Below the pieces are notes generated by a model. The model did no database searches. It was not told the DNA's origin and was given only the letters and a program-made list of their open reading frames with translations. Below, in pieces: positions 35,016 to 48,400 of a stretch of 64,000 nt of DNA; the stretch's first letter is position 1, and the number at the start of each line of letters is the position of its first letter. The DNA lies in NCBI GenBank assembly GCA_036172245.1, contig JAYWIR010000007.1:2852001-2916000 (forward strand), given 5' to 3'. Both the position numbers and the translations under genes were made by a program. The stretch comes from Raillietiella orientalis. Its lineage: Eukaryota.

Positions 35016-38000
35016 ATGTCTGGAGCGCCGGGAAGAAAGCAAAAGACAGATGGCAGGAATTTCGAGACCTGAATGGCTTCTGGAGGACGAAATCTTCGCA
35101 GTGATCCGAACCGGACCAACTCACTAACTCTAAAAGATGAGCCAAACTGCGTGAAAAGCACTTTTAGGTGAACCGCGAGGGACTCTGGAGGGGGCCACTC
35201 CTGTGTGCTTCGCGGACCACCAACGAAAAGGGATGAGGAATGAAAAGAATGCTTCCACCGCAAAAATTGGTCGCGCATGTGTTTCACAAACGATGTGCGG
35301 GGGTGACCAGGAACTGTCCATCATTTTCACGATCTTTCTGTCCTCTCCATTTCAACAGCCACTCTAGACCGGGGTCTCAAGACTCTTCGTCTACTCGGTG
35401 GCACAACCTATGCTCCCCGTGGATCTCCCTGGATTAGCGTGCTTTCTCAATGCAATGTGCTCTATCGATCGCCCAGAGATTTTCACTTCTCTCGGAAATT
35501 CGTCGTTCGCTAGATACCGGGATCTAAGGATCCTTAGAAGATCTCCTTTGCTAGGGAAGTGGAGAGACGATCCTCCGTGCTTTTTCTCCTTTCTCCGCCG
35601 TGCCTTCTCTAGTGCTTTGGAAGAAAAGAGTAGTAGCAAGCCTCTCATGTTCTCTATCATTGCTTTGCCGTCACCAAGGAGCACAGCATCTGGTTGTAAA
35701 TTAAAATCTGTTTCGAGATTCCTGGATGGATTAGAGGTCACAGGCTCCCACGTTCCTAGCGTAATAAGTCTAGTCTTAACCCGGGCTACAAGTCTGCATG
35801 ATTTTTTTCTCTTTCCCGCCGCAATGGTTAAAGAATTCCTCCATATCGCTCATCCTCTCGGGGTCCGCTCTATTCTTGGTGGGCACTGCTCACACAGGTA
35901 AAAGCAAACTGAACCTCTCCGCAAATGAATCTGCAATTGGAAGGTCTTGAATTTTCATCACGAAACAGATGAGCCACCTCATCACATGCTGTCCCAAGCA
36001 GGAGATGACTATCCGATGGGGAGCGGGCGCTTTTTGACGAGGGAAAGCCTCACTTCTTCGAGATGTAGTATGAGCAGGCTGAAAGTGATTTTATTCCTCA
36101 TGTGCCTGTTCAAGATCTCATTCCCAGTCGCGGTTCTTGGCTGGCTTTCCTCGAAGATCCATCTCGCCTTCACTTGATAGATGCTTGTTCCGGGTCTGCT
36201 CAAGTAACCCAAACTAACGAAGGAGGGTTTATCTGCATAGCTCGCGGCAAATGTTGATCCCCATTTCCAGTAGCTGGATTCCCTAGGAGCACCTGGCCAT
36301 TGCTTTTAGTGCTCGTCTCAACGCTGACCTCTAACACTTGCAGATACTATCCTTCTTGGAATCCAGCAGCAGCCATGAAGTCATCTCCCCAGAATCTTGC
36401 CATTCATCCCAGTTCTTCAAGTTCGATTTCGAACGCAGACCCAGAAATCAACCTTCATGAAGATCCACGATGCAGTCTGCTTATCAAGAAGCCCTTCCAG
36501 TTTCCAAGAATCACAAACTGAGATGGATTTCTCAGCATGAAGGGAAGAAATTGAAATTTTTGACCGATGGATGATCAAGAGAGACACATGGAAAGCACTT
36601 GGAATGCTGATGGTTACGGAAAGGGTAGTGCGACATTCAGAGTGAATTTTTTTTTCGTAAAAGTTTTCAAGGATCTGCTAGAGACTCCATGAGCACATGC
36701 GGAATACTTCCACAAGGCAAGGAAAATTTAAAAGAAAAAAAAACTAAGATTCGATTCCAAGACAATCGACGGATATCGCAATGCATCATTGTGACTTCCA
36801 GAAGATAAACATCTGCCATTATTATCCTCGAGTCGGGTCAATATCCAGACTTTCGACCCAGTGGTGAAACAGATCAGTGATCCTCTTGCAAAACTGCTCG
36901 ATTAAAACGGGCCGAAGTAAACTGCAAGGAGCTGACACCCAGAGGTAGAAAAAAAGATGCCTGAAAGCTGTCGATCGCCATGCACTTCACAGCATCCTGT
37001 TTGGCTAATTTCATTCACTCTTGAGTGTGCATTCGAGGTGGGAGTTCGGTTTTCCTTGAGTTTCAGCGATTCGGTGGCAGCTTCTGGATGAAGTGGAATT
37101 TCACATGCAGTCGACAAAAGCGCTTTTGCAGCAAAATCGCCCTTCACAGGTTCTGCAGCCTCAGCTCAAGAGGTTTATAATGATTGCATGTGAAAGAAGA
37201 GGTGGTTAACTGCTGGACTCCTTGAGAATGATGATGAAAGAGGATATGTCAACAAGCTAAGAATAACGCGGAATGGCGGACCTGCATTAGGACTTCTCGC
37301 TGTTCGAATCGATGAGTTGCAAAACTTGAGAGCATTACTCGCGTATTCACATCAGGCTCTGGTAAAAATTTGTGACTTCTCCTTCCGAGTCCATGGTGTC
37401 ATGCGCAACCCTTCCCCCCCCTTAAAAATCAGAACCCCATGCTCATCGGTCGGGAACTTCACCGATGATACTGAGAAACACAGGTGAGATCACAGTATTC
37501 TGAAACCCTAAAACTCTTGCATGCTGTGGCATCTGAAGACGGATTGCAGACATCTTATTCATTCCAGTTGAGATGCATTCCCTCTAAAGATTCTATGCAC
37601 GCCACTCAGATAGATGATCACCAGGAGGAAATCGGGAATTTTCATCGTTCATGTCTGTAAATTTTAAAAAGATAACGGCATTCTGAGTGTCCGAAACTGT
37701 GACAGATCGGTTTCAAATTTAAACTCAAACACGGAAAAAATTGGTCCAGAATGGAGAAGTGTAGGGGGGGGGGGAACCAAGCCCGATGACTGCATCGAAT
37801 ATATTTTTCCCAGTTTCATTCCACGCGTGAGATGTTTTTATAGTACTGGATGATTGCCATCAGCACGCCGCAATCTCTTGATGAATCTCTTGGTGAATTT
37901 GTTAAGAGGCAGTGTCCAGAAGACAAAACAAAATGCAGAAGAGTAAGTGGACTACAAAAATCTTCGTTGAGCAGCCTAAAAACATGTATTCCACGTGTTC

Positions 38001-38084
38001 CTCTATATTTCACGTGTGATACAGCAACCCTCTATTGAACGAGTTGGTCTCAGCAATAGTGACATTTCAGGCAGAGTAACTGAT

Positions 38085-38452
38085 CATAATGCTTTCATGC
38101 ATTCAGACTGTGGGATGTGAGAATGGGAACGGAAGGGTCGCACTTGGAACCCACAGCTGCACCATGGAAATAGGGGTGGAGTCATCTGCTTGGCAGAGAT
38201 TGAGTTAAGTGGAACAGCGCCGCTATCCCGAGAAAATGCGGAAAGACATGGAGAATCCCCAGGCGGAAAAATGAAGGAACTTACAGAGGCGACAGTGACC
38301 ACGATTGACCGGGGTCGGCTCTGCACCCTTCAATGAACTCGAACCTCACACGTAACGCCGACAGTTGAAGCCGTGAGAGAAACAAACCTTTCATCCCTGT
38401 TTTTTTTATTCTGTCGCTGCGTGCCGACAACGAGGAGATTTCCAAGAAAATC
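38085..38452. repeat. Left arm of ~365 bp inverted repeat
   Basis: Reverse complement of 39412-39780; 38103-38273 is identical to 39592-39762 (171 bp), and identity falls toward the spacer. Confidence 0.97.
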
Positions 38453-39411
38453 TAAAATTCGAAACTTGAAAGTTGATGTTCGGGAGGCGTTTCAAATGAG
38501 ATCAGGTTTAGTGCTCTCACGATCGACGCGTACGTGAGAAAGAAAATGTTCTCAACACTACTCCCGACTCAAGGCAAAGCCAAGCATACTGGGAACCTAC
38601 TGGGAGCACTCGGATCCTGGGAGAGTCCCGTCCTGCATTGGGCAGCAGCGAGCTTCCGGACATTCCCTGATCAAAAGCGAGCTCCTTCGCTTCGCAGATC
38701 ACAGATTTATCTGTGCGAGGAGACTCAAACTTCTTCCTGCACAGGCCTTTCCCACCAGATCGTTTTTGCAGAAGGCGAGGAAGATAGGAAAAGTCTCTAG
38801 GTCGAATCCAGCCCAGATGGTCACAAAGAGAAGCGACGAGCTGGCATCCAGAGGGCTTACGGAAGCACTGGGAGTTTGTTGGTGGCCCCTAGTCCGGAGA
38901 CGCATTCGAGAAGGAAGGTGGGTTTGGTGCTCCACGAGGAAGGGAAGGTCGTTCACGCTAGGCATCGCGCATCCTTCTGAGTATTCAGCATCGGCAACGC
39001 TGGAGGCAGAGCAGAAAGGGGAGAACTGGCTTCCAGCTTCGCCGGCGAACGGGTGCCCGCAAGCATTCGGGCAGAGGACGGTGTGCTGAAGGAATCGCAG
39101 ATTGCCAAGAAGCAGGAGGAGCACATCCGAGAAGGAACGGAGTGCTCGGACATGCAGCATTCCCGGGGTATTACTGGGAGCATCGGATGGGTTACCGCAC
39201 GTAAGGGAGTTGTCTTCGAGGTGTCGGGAAGAGCTAAACAGAAGAGTCAGACGGAGGGCATGCTGGAAGCTTGTGCCTTCATATGTTCATGTAGCCTTTC
39301 TAACACTGTTCCATTTACAAAAAAAAAGGGCGCTAGCATCGGCATTCGGGTTGACACGGAACCGGAAGGGTCTTTGTTTCGAGGGAGGACACTTTACGTT
39401 TTTGCGTCTGC

Positions 39412-39780
39412 GATTTTCTCGGAAATCTTATCGTTGCCGACACGCCTTGGCAGAAGAAAAAAATCGGTGATGAAAGAGTTTGTTTCTCTCACAGCTTCAA
39501 CTGTCGGCGTTACGTGTGAGGTTCGAGTTCCTTAAAGGGTGCAGAGCTGACCCCGGTCAATCGTGGTCACTGTTGCCTTTGTAAGTTCCTCCATTTTTCC
39601 GCCTGGGGATTCTCCATGTCTTTCCGCATTTTCTCGGGATAGCGGCGCTGTTCCACTTAACTCAATCTCTGCCAAGCAGATGACTCCACCCCTATTTCCA
39701 TGGTGCAGCTGTGGGTTCCAAGTGCGACCCTTCCGTTCCCATTCTCACATCCCACAGTCTGAGATCATGAAGGCAACATA
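39412..39780. repeat. Right arm of ~365 bp inverted repeat
   Basis: Reverse complement of 38085-38452. Confidence 0.97.
39495..39580 (+). other. Candidate 86 bp exon within the right arm
   Basis: tttgtttctctcacag acceptor and gtaagt donor; one open frame LQLSALRVRFEFLKGCRADPGQSWSLLP. Confidence 0.45.
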
Positions 39781-42700
39781 ATCGAGTTTTTCCTATAAAC
39801 AGAAGAATTGTGGAGATCGAATTAGACAAATCCACGCATGCTGGCCTCTGGAACTATTTTACGTACTGCGATTCCAAAGATCTCTTTTCTCTTTTTCCCT
39901 TCCAGAATGCGTTAGCACGATATCAAGGAAGGAATGAAAAACGACAGAGACAGAAGCAGTTAAATAATTCATCAACGGAAAAAAGTACTTTGAAATTTCT
40001 TTTTTTTCCTTTTCTGGAAGGAGGGGTACAAACCAGAAGACGGTCTGACTGCGAATTGTCAACAAATCATTGGGAAATGCTATTTAGAAACGTACATTGG
40101 TGTTCTTATAGCATCCAGAATGAATGAGATCGCCATATTTTTTCAGTATCGGGAAAATGCCTCTCTCTGTATTGGAAACTCAGTTTCCGAATCAATAATT
40201 CTTGGCTTTTGTCGAAAATAAACCATTCGGCACCGCATTTCCTTCCTACATATCAGTTTACCAAGCTTTTGATACACAAACGCAGTTTTTTTATGAAGTA
40301 TGCGAAATTCCGAGTATGTGCGCTTCCGACGGATGGTCCACTGCCCCACCGGCTTCGAAGTCAAAGTGTTCTTGGGGCACGAAACCAGCACGACCTGCAT
40401 AGGGTCATGCGTGTCAACCTCGGGCAACCGGTGGGCAAGATGTGGCTGGCCTTGCGAGTCTGTGATTCCATTCTTAGATGTTGCCCAGCGTGATGCTCAG
40501 ACTCATCGCCTGCCTTCGTGTAACTCTTGCGCTGTTCTTGCAGAGAGTGTGCTTCGTTCAAGCTCTCTCAGTTTTTAATTGCCGCCAGCTGGATTCAGGG
40601 TTCCGAGCTTGCATCAGGCTCCGTTTCTAAGCCAAGATTGCTCCACCTGCCTGCGTCGGGCAGTTTAGCGGAAAAATTGTTTCATGGACGGCTGGACTGA
40701 AAATGCTCTCTCCGAGTCACTTCTCAGTCTTGATCTTATGTAGAGCCTCAAGATGCCGATCAAAAACTCATAAGCGCCGTTTTTATAAAGCACTCTACGA
40801 GCATTCCTTAGTCTAAGTTACAGGTATGTGCACACATCTTTCGAGGACACCGGCATATCAAAATGATAAGGTGCTTTGTAATACGAATGCATCTAAGGCG
40901 AACGAGAGCTGTCATCAGGCGACAGGAAACTCTGCATCTTTTTTTGATAATGCATGTAGGAGGTACCGAAACTGCTACGGAAGCTGGCTTCCAATTACGC
41001 ACTGCTTTGTAAAAACACTTGGACGATGATGGTTTGCCGCAAGAAAACAGAAATTCCGTGTGGCAACAGGTGTTGTCTGCAGAGACATCTCGTTCTCCCA
41101 AAGTGAGGCGCTGCGGATGCTCCTGAATCTTTGGACGATCATCTGACTTCCAGCAAGCACCTACTGAAACCATTCTTCATTTCGACGTATGAAATGTGGC
41201 ACAATTCACACTGATGGCGTCTGATATCGTGGAAAATGTTTATCATGCGGTGGTCATGAAAGCGGTTTCGATGAGTGCGGGCTGCAGTTTCTAGGTTCTT
41301 AGGGGCCGCCGCAAACAGCGAGCTTCCCATGGTAACACAACATCGAGAATCCAAAAAACCTGTGAAAAAAAACAAATGCAACTTCTTAAAGTGAGCGGAG
41401 TGGCAACGGATTTCCTTTGAGGTTTGTCCGGCATTTTGCCATTCACTCCTAATAAACGTCCAATGATGAACGTCCAATATCCTGTACCAATCAAAAAGAG
41501 AAAACGGATGCTTAGAATCTACTGCTTTTGTACTGGTTTGAGCAGTGTGAGGTGTGATGAGCACTGTTGTCGAAGAGCGCTGAAGACGAAGACAGAGTGC
41601 GGAATACAGTTGCCATAGGAACGCAGCCACGAACCTCTAGGAGAAACTAAAGCGCCTTTTAGTTACACAGTGAGTCCTTTACTTGTTCCCTGATGCAGCG
41701 ATTGGCCAATGTGATATTAATGCCGTTTTCGCAACACATGTTACGTGCCTCTCATTTGGCATACGAAATTCCCATAACACAGTCCTATCGTCCACTTTCA
41801 CTTCGTCCTGTGTACAGCAACATTGCATTTCAGCTTTAAAGTTTCGTAATTTTTGATCGATGACTGATTATCTTTTCATTATTATGTAATGAATAATTAG
41901 ATAATTAGATTACAATTTATACGTTTCAGCAGACTGAAAATCATCATGCACAGCTCATAATTTATAGATTTAAGAATTATTTGTGCACATAATATGTAAC
42001 GTTGAAGGCATTCATTATGCATTTATAAATACATGCATTAAATATATACAGTAGGCCACCCCATAATGCTGATTGGTACGAAGCGGCGAAAAAATATTGA
42101 CAGCCCTCGTATCACGCGGTAAATCAGAATGGTACTCCGTGGATAAATTTCAGTGTTATGGTATATCGTCAGTCCAGCGGTCTTTGAGATGGTTGCGAAC
42201 ACATGATTTAAGAAGGATGAATCCATTTCATCCAGATTTCCCCGAATTACATAGCGAAGGAAGATGCGTCTTCAACGGGAGCGATGGAGCTGGAACTATA
42301 GAAGTGTTTGCATCGATTAGCTATCAACAAAACTCTAAGAGTTTTTTTTTTTCTACCTTGCACTAAGTAATCAGTGAACACTTCTAATCTTCCCCACTCT
42401 TTTTCTGAATTTAAATAGGTATTTAAACATCCTTCTGCTGTAACGTTTAAGGCACAACTCATTTCTTTTATAAATACCATCTCATCATCCATGTGCGACC
42501 CTCATTAGGCTCATAGCCCACTCTATAGAAGGATCTACTGCACTTGCATTCCCTGCAACATGCATTGCATAAAATCCACCTATGACACTGAAAGTATGTA
42601 GAATCCGTGGCAACGTACTGTACACATCGCGTTCAAATTCCGAATAGCGATATTCTGAATATCCACATGATAATAACGTGATGGCATTTACTTTTTCACA

Positions 42701-43199
42701 TAATTCACGCTATTATTATTAGCGTAGCCATACTGTCATTAAACAACACGTTGTACATAAATTCCCTAACTCACCAAAAGATGAAAGCATTTCCGCAAAG
42801 ATTCATCCAAAGTTCCGTTTGCCCGTGAAATCCGTCTTTCTGAGTTATGTTGCGCATCACACGCAGGAAGATGTAAGTGCCCATTTGTACACACGCATGC
42901 GAATGTGCATGAGACCATGGTTTGTATATGAAAAGATTCATTATTTTGCATATAGGCTCTTCCGGAACTTTTACTTTTAATGCTGATTCACATGTAAGTA
43001 ATTGTACATTGTACATGGAAAATGTGATTACATACCTTTGCATTTTCATTCGTAAAGGAAGCAGTAAAATTACATAGAGTAGCGATATGACATCTGAGAC
43101 ACAAATGTGTGCCGGAGCTCATATGAATTCATATACATTATTCCTATGAATTCGATTTATGTATAGGTAGAATTCATAAAAATTTGTCGGAGCTCATTG

Positions 43200-43600
43200 C
43201 CAGCTGATTAGGCGACTGGAAAGTATGGATCTCCTTTGTACGCGAACGTACTGAGCGCCCCCCCAGCCGCGAAATCGGAAAATACCGGCGTCCATTTTGT
43301 CTTCCGTTGCAGCTAGATGCTGAAGGAAATCTGTGGAAGATGATCCTAGGGTAAGCTCGGTCAGGAAAGTCTGGCTTGCAAATCGAAAGTTGGGTGTTTG
43401 CACGAATGAAGTGCGTATTCACGAAGGGCACTTCCACAGCGAGGACAGAGGACTTGGTACTGGCGCGCAGCATGCGCCTTTTGAGAGTAGCCCTCCTGCG
43501 GAACTTAACAAGAGACCACGTTTTGACATTAACCCGCAGGTGCTGGAAACAGATTTTTTTGAAGTCAGGTCTCGCATCTGTTCTAAAGTGCAAGGAACTT
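43200..43600 (+). mobile_element. Possible Tc1/mariner transposase N-terminal remnant
   Basis: QLIRRLES..; SVEDDPRVSSVRKV..KLGV..VRIHE (cf. VEEDPxxSxRxxAxxLGVS..RILH). No TIRs or DDE region seen. Confidence 0.35.
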
Positions 43601-43707
43601 CTCCACCGTCAAGATGATCGTGCCACACTGCTGCCACTGATCTCGGAAGCAAGAGAAGCTCATTCTTTGAGGCAGGCACCCACTGTTTCTCACCCGTGTG
43701 CGCCGGA

Positions 43708-44620
43708 ACGTTTATTTCTAAACTATCCAGGAACAGAGTTCCCGGACAAAGGACACAGAAGAAATGAAGGGGGGGATCCCCGACACGCAGGTCGGTAAAC
43801 CGAAAGTCCGGAACGGTAGGGAGGGGACCACAAATACACATATAAAAAATAAAAATAAAGATATGGGGAGGGGAGGGGACAGGGGTCTTTGGTTTGGCCG
43901 TTCCAGTCTTTCAGAACCGGCTATGCATGCTGGCGATCTCGCTCCTAACGCCCTCTGGAAGATGGGCCCACTCGGCAGCCGACGCCATGCTCACGCCAGC
44001 TATTCCGGTGGGTTGACGAAGAATGGCCAGCTTCTCCAACTCACGGTGGGCCTTGTCGATGGCGCGGGTGCAACAGACCGTTGCGATGACAGCACCTAAA
44101 GGCAGGCCGCCTGACGTGAAGAAGCGGCGCATCAAGTCCCTCGCGGTGTCCCCCTGGTGCAGGAGAGCTGAGGCCAGTCTCCGCCACAGTCCTTGGAGGA
44201 CACTGCAGTCCAAGAGCAGGTACGGGAGCGTTTCCACTTCCTCGCACCGTTTACAGTTCGGGGAAACAACTCCCCCGGAAACACGGTTCGTCCGCTGGTT
44301 GGAATGAAAACCCCAATGCACCAGCAGGATGACGTCCTGTTTCCAAGAAAGGGGGAATACCGAAGTGTTCAAACAGGAGGGAGGGACCACAAGTTCTTCA
44401 AGGGGCACACTCAAATATTCGCTCCACCGAAGAAGTCCCTTCGGGATGTTGCGAGGCGTGGCGGCGTCTGCCAGCTCGCAAGTTCTCCAGCCGCCTTGGG
44501 TAGGGTTGCTCCTGCGATGGTGCAGGCGACCTCCCACCTCGCCGGTAGGCAGCTGTCATCACTTGCAGGTCATCACAGGCATCCGCTGTTGTCAATTGAA
44601 GTTCCCTTCAACTATCAACC
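43708..44620 (-). mobile_element. 5'-truncated L1/Tx1-like non-LTR retrotransposon (zf-RVT C-terminus + 3' UTR), copy 1
   Basis: Open frame 43911-44537 with PLSWKQ..HWG..PNCKRCEEVETLPYLLLDC..LW; 3' UTR stem-loop at 43780-43795 and AATAAA at 43711-43716; homologous to the 56 kb and 61 kb copies. Confidence 0.8.
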
Positions 44621-44850
44621 GCCAGGATCAGAAGTGAAAACACTGGCAATTCTGTTTTCTCCTTCGAGGGCATTTTGCAGAAATTCCTGCAGATGTGCAG
44701 AAGAACATTTTGCTCTTCTCTGCGATAGGTCAGCAAAACGTGCAGTTTCCACGGCACACGACCTCAACGCTGCGTGAGGGAAAGCAGCACGGGCTTGGTT
44801 TTTGACCGGGGGACCGAAAACCTCGATAACGGAGGCTAACCAAGTGGACT

Positions 44851-45480
44851 CTAGGGTGCATGTTCTCCGGGAAAAGGGAATCTAGCCGGAGCTTGAGTGT
44901 GGCCGAATTGAAAAATCGTCCACCATGGCTTTGAATAACCACCTATTCCATCATATGCTTCATACTCCTTCATCCTATTTGAAAATGACTGTAGGCAACA
45001 AAATGTATATTGGAATCCAGGACGCATAAACTCCAGCAGCCTCCAAGACCCGTAACTGGGGGACATGTGTTTGAACCCAACTTTTCCTTCTCGATCACAA
45101 CTTGTTCTAAAATACAACTGCGGTTCGGAATACCGATAAAACAAGAAACAAGCGCAGCGTCGCACTGGACCAACTAAGCTGTCTGCGCGTCTCAAGGCGT
45201 AATTATACACGGATGGTAGGCAATCTCAGTAGTGGTAGCAGAATTTTGGATTTCTACACGAGTTCCTGAGGGAAAGCAGGTTGTCCTGGCAACATCTCTG
45301 AAAAAGTGCATCCAATCTCATTAGCAAGTCATCATCGGAGTGATTCGAAAACAAAAGAGCCTCCCGGTAACAGGATTTCACGTAACCGAGCGTCTCCAAG
45401 CTAGCAAAGCGAGTAGAGTAGAGGGAACCGTTAGATATCTTTTTGTACTCGTTCAAAGCAAGCGTAAAGATGATTCCGTG
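44851..45480 (-). pseudogene. ~200-codon frame broken by one TGA; weakly GT31 galactosyltransferase-like
   Basis: ORFs 45226-45456 and 44851-45210 are in the same frame; SLETLGYVKSCYREALLFSNHSDDDLLMRLDAL resembles LKT..W..C..AKF..KTDDDVF. Confidence 0.25.
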
Positions 45481-48400
45481 TTAGGCCTGTAGTATTTGCA
45501 TATCCTTATAGGAAACAGCTGTGAGAACGAAGTAGTTCGGTATCACGATGTGGCAAATAATGGAGTGATGATGTATAATGATTCGGCGTGACAAAGCTCG
45601 TGAATTTGACAGATGGATGAGTTATCTGTCTGCGCGCTAAGCTGTGGATGTGATCAAGTGCCTGCAGTCTGAGAGATAATTGGGACGGGACACATAACGT
45701 GCACACTTCCGGGCAACTTAGCTGCGAAATAAGGTCTCGGAAGGAACTATCCTGGAGTTTCTTCTAGGATGTGCTAGTTGTCATCTTTGCGAGGCTATGG
45801 TACTTTCATGAATGCAGCATCGGAGCAGAGAGATGGTTTGCAAAGATGTGGTGTTGAGCTGGATCCTCGAAAGCGCTGTGTGAATTGCATCTTTTACTGT
45901 CATTCATCTATCGATGCCATGACTTTTTTGAAGACGAGCGGATACGGAGATGTGTGCAGGCCATGGTTTGTGAGTGTTAGAAAACGTACAGTACATTTAT
46001 TTACTCATAGGTGGAAATTTGTTTTAATAAGCCTTCGGTCTTGTTGTTCCACAGCATTCCTTTTCCTCAGAAGAATGGGATGCAAACATTATATACCATT
46101 CATCATCACTTTATACTTTATATTTTTTATTTTTTTTATTGTTTCTCTTTTCTTCTTGTGCCCTCTCATTCAGCTGATAAATTTATTTGATCCAGACTGG
46201 ATTCCGGCATCTGTGATTGTGATTAGATCTCATTTTTGCACTTTGATTCCATCTTTAACATTCAAAAACGTACCAAAAAGCTCGAAAGGCAGCATCAATT
46301 GCCACAAGTGAAGATTTGGAGAGCCATGTTATGCTTCTTCCGTTTAAAGGATGTTTTTGAATCCTTTGCTTAAGCACTTGAGCAAATCATCTGATGTTAA
46401 GGGATTCCCAGCTTTCCGCGGCAGTTTTCTCGTTTCTATCTGGCACGCCTGAATTGCGTCCACTAGCGTCACTGAGTTTTTTTTCCAGACCCCACTCTGA
46501 GAGCACAATCAAAAGGCTAAAGTCCATATCGAAGTGATCACTCGATGGACATTTCTTATTTTCCAAATTTTCATTCGACTTCCGGTGCACGGTTGTCCAG
46601 GTATCAGCTCGTGGGAAGTCAGTTCCTTCCTTTTCCTGCAAAGGCGTGTGACCCCCCCCCCCCCCGGACAGTGTGGAGCATTTAAGATTTTTGCCTTTTT
46701 TTTTCTCGTGCATCTCTGAAATCTCGCAGACTACAAACAAGAAAAGTGGGACTTCAAAGTCTACCAGGATGGTGGTTCACATTTTTTGACCAGCAATGAA
46801 ATCAATCCCACGTCGCTGCAAGTACAGCAGTCAGTTGGCACTTCTTGGACTGCCTACGTAGAGATCCACCTCATGAATTCCCTATGCAGTAAATCATCTT
46901 CAGGCCGTCAGTCGTTGCTGACTGTCGCTGACACTGTCGCCTATGCTTAAAGATTGAAATCAGCGTGCACCCTCCATACTTAAAGGCTCCTATGCTTCCA
47001 GATCCCTTTATCGCTCCAAGGTGACTCGACCCTGTGGTCGTCACCTCATCACGGAGACACAGGTACGTTAATTTTTTCCAGGTGAACCAATAGAAATCTT
47101 TACGCAGCTGCACATTTGATCTTGGAACGTATTTCCAGAGAAAACTGAGATGTCACAACGGTTCTCATGCATGAATGGCGCTTTCACTCTTCTCTGGTAC
47201 TACATGGCGCTAAGAACTAGCTTCTGCAAGGATGCAGATACGATTTCATATCTTCTTCGCATAATGAGACAAAGAAAGTACTCCTTTCAATCGCACATGC
47301 GTAGATGGTCCTGAACAGAGACCAACAAAGAGGAGTACAACTCGAACTGGTAATGCATTTTCTTGTGTGCGCCGAAGCTGCCAATCCGAAGAAGCCCTGG
47401 CGGTCTTCCTGCGCGAACAAAATCCATCACCTTCGATTTCGAAAAGGTGAACTTTGCGGACGCTGGAACATTCCATGAATCGCGAGCGATGCGCAAAAAT
47501 CTCGACTCCGGAATCCACATGAGGCCCTCGCGCGGCCGCAGAATTCCCAAACGGAACGTTTGCCAACGATCGTTCAATAAGTCCCAAAAAGTCATACCAC
47601 GAAGATGCAAGGCGTGATCCCCTAGCCCATTAGACCTATAACGACCGAGAGCTCCAAAGAAATGGCTGCAAATCCTTTTATTCCACTCGGTGCACGCTGC
47701 ACTTTGCTGATTCGCGAATGCAGTTCGCAGAAGACTTTGCGGCTGTCGACCGCTCGTCCCAAGCGAGGAGGCTTCCGGTTACTTAGGCAGTAGGTGCAGA
47801 CTATGGTTTGTATGTGGTAGAGGAGGTATGGGGTAGCTATTTACTTGTAGGTCGGGATGTGTTTTAGTGTGCCTCCGGTCTTGTTCTCACACAGGTTACT
47901 TGCACCTCCATTCTTCCTTCAGGACCCGTTTGCTGCCATGGCAACTCCGTGAAGTGGCAAACGCGGACTTGAGGACGCAAACGAGGACTAATTGTAGATC
48001 ACGTTAAGGAAAAAAAAAATAGAATTCCCGCTGCAAGGCGATACCAAATGGTCACTCCCGCTTCCCCGCCGTTCTGAGAAAAAAAGCACGGCAACGTGTG
48101 TCAGAATACGTCGTTTTTCACTAGAGTGCATCTCCTGAGTTCATCTCGAAGTATTTGCGTCCCAGACGGCTGAAGTACTTTGAAGATTTCTATATTTGAG
48201 GGCATTTCCTTTTCATATTTCCAAAAAAACAACCCTGCAATCCAAGGTAACACCTCAGGGATTTCCTTAGCTTTGATTTCAAAAGTTTATGCAGTTTGTT
48301 GAACGAGTAACTTAGCTGGACCGAACGCATTTTCATCACGAAGTGCCTCAGCAGCCTGGAGCGAAGAATTCGATGAGCCACATAGGGAGGACAGGTGCCA

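Noticed and set aside
38862..38887. ~22 bp match to 4707-4729 (gaagcactgggagtt..ggtggcc)
   Set aside because: Does not extend on either side; may be chance.
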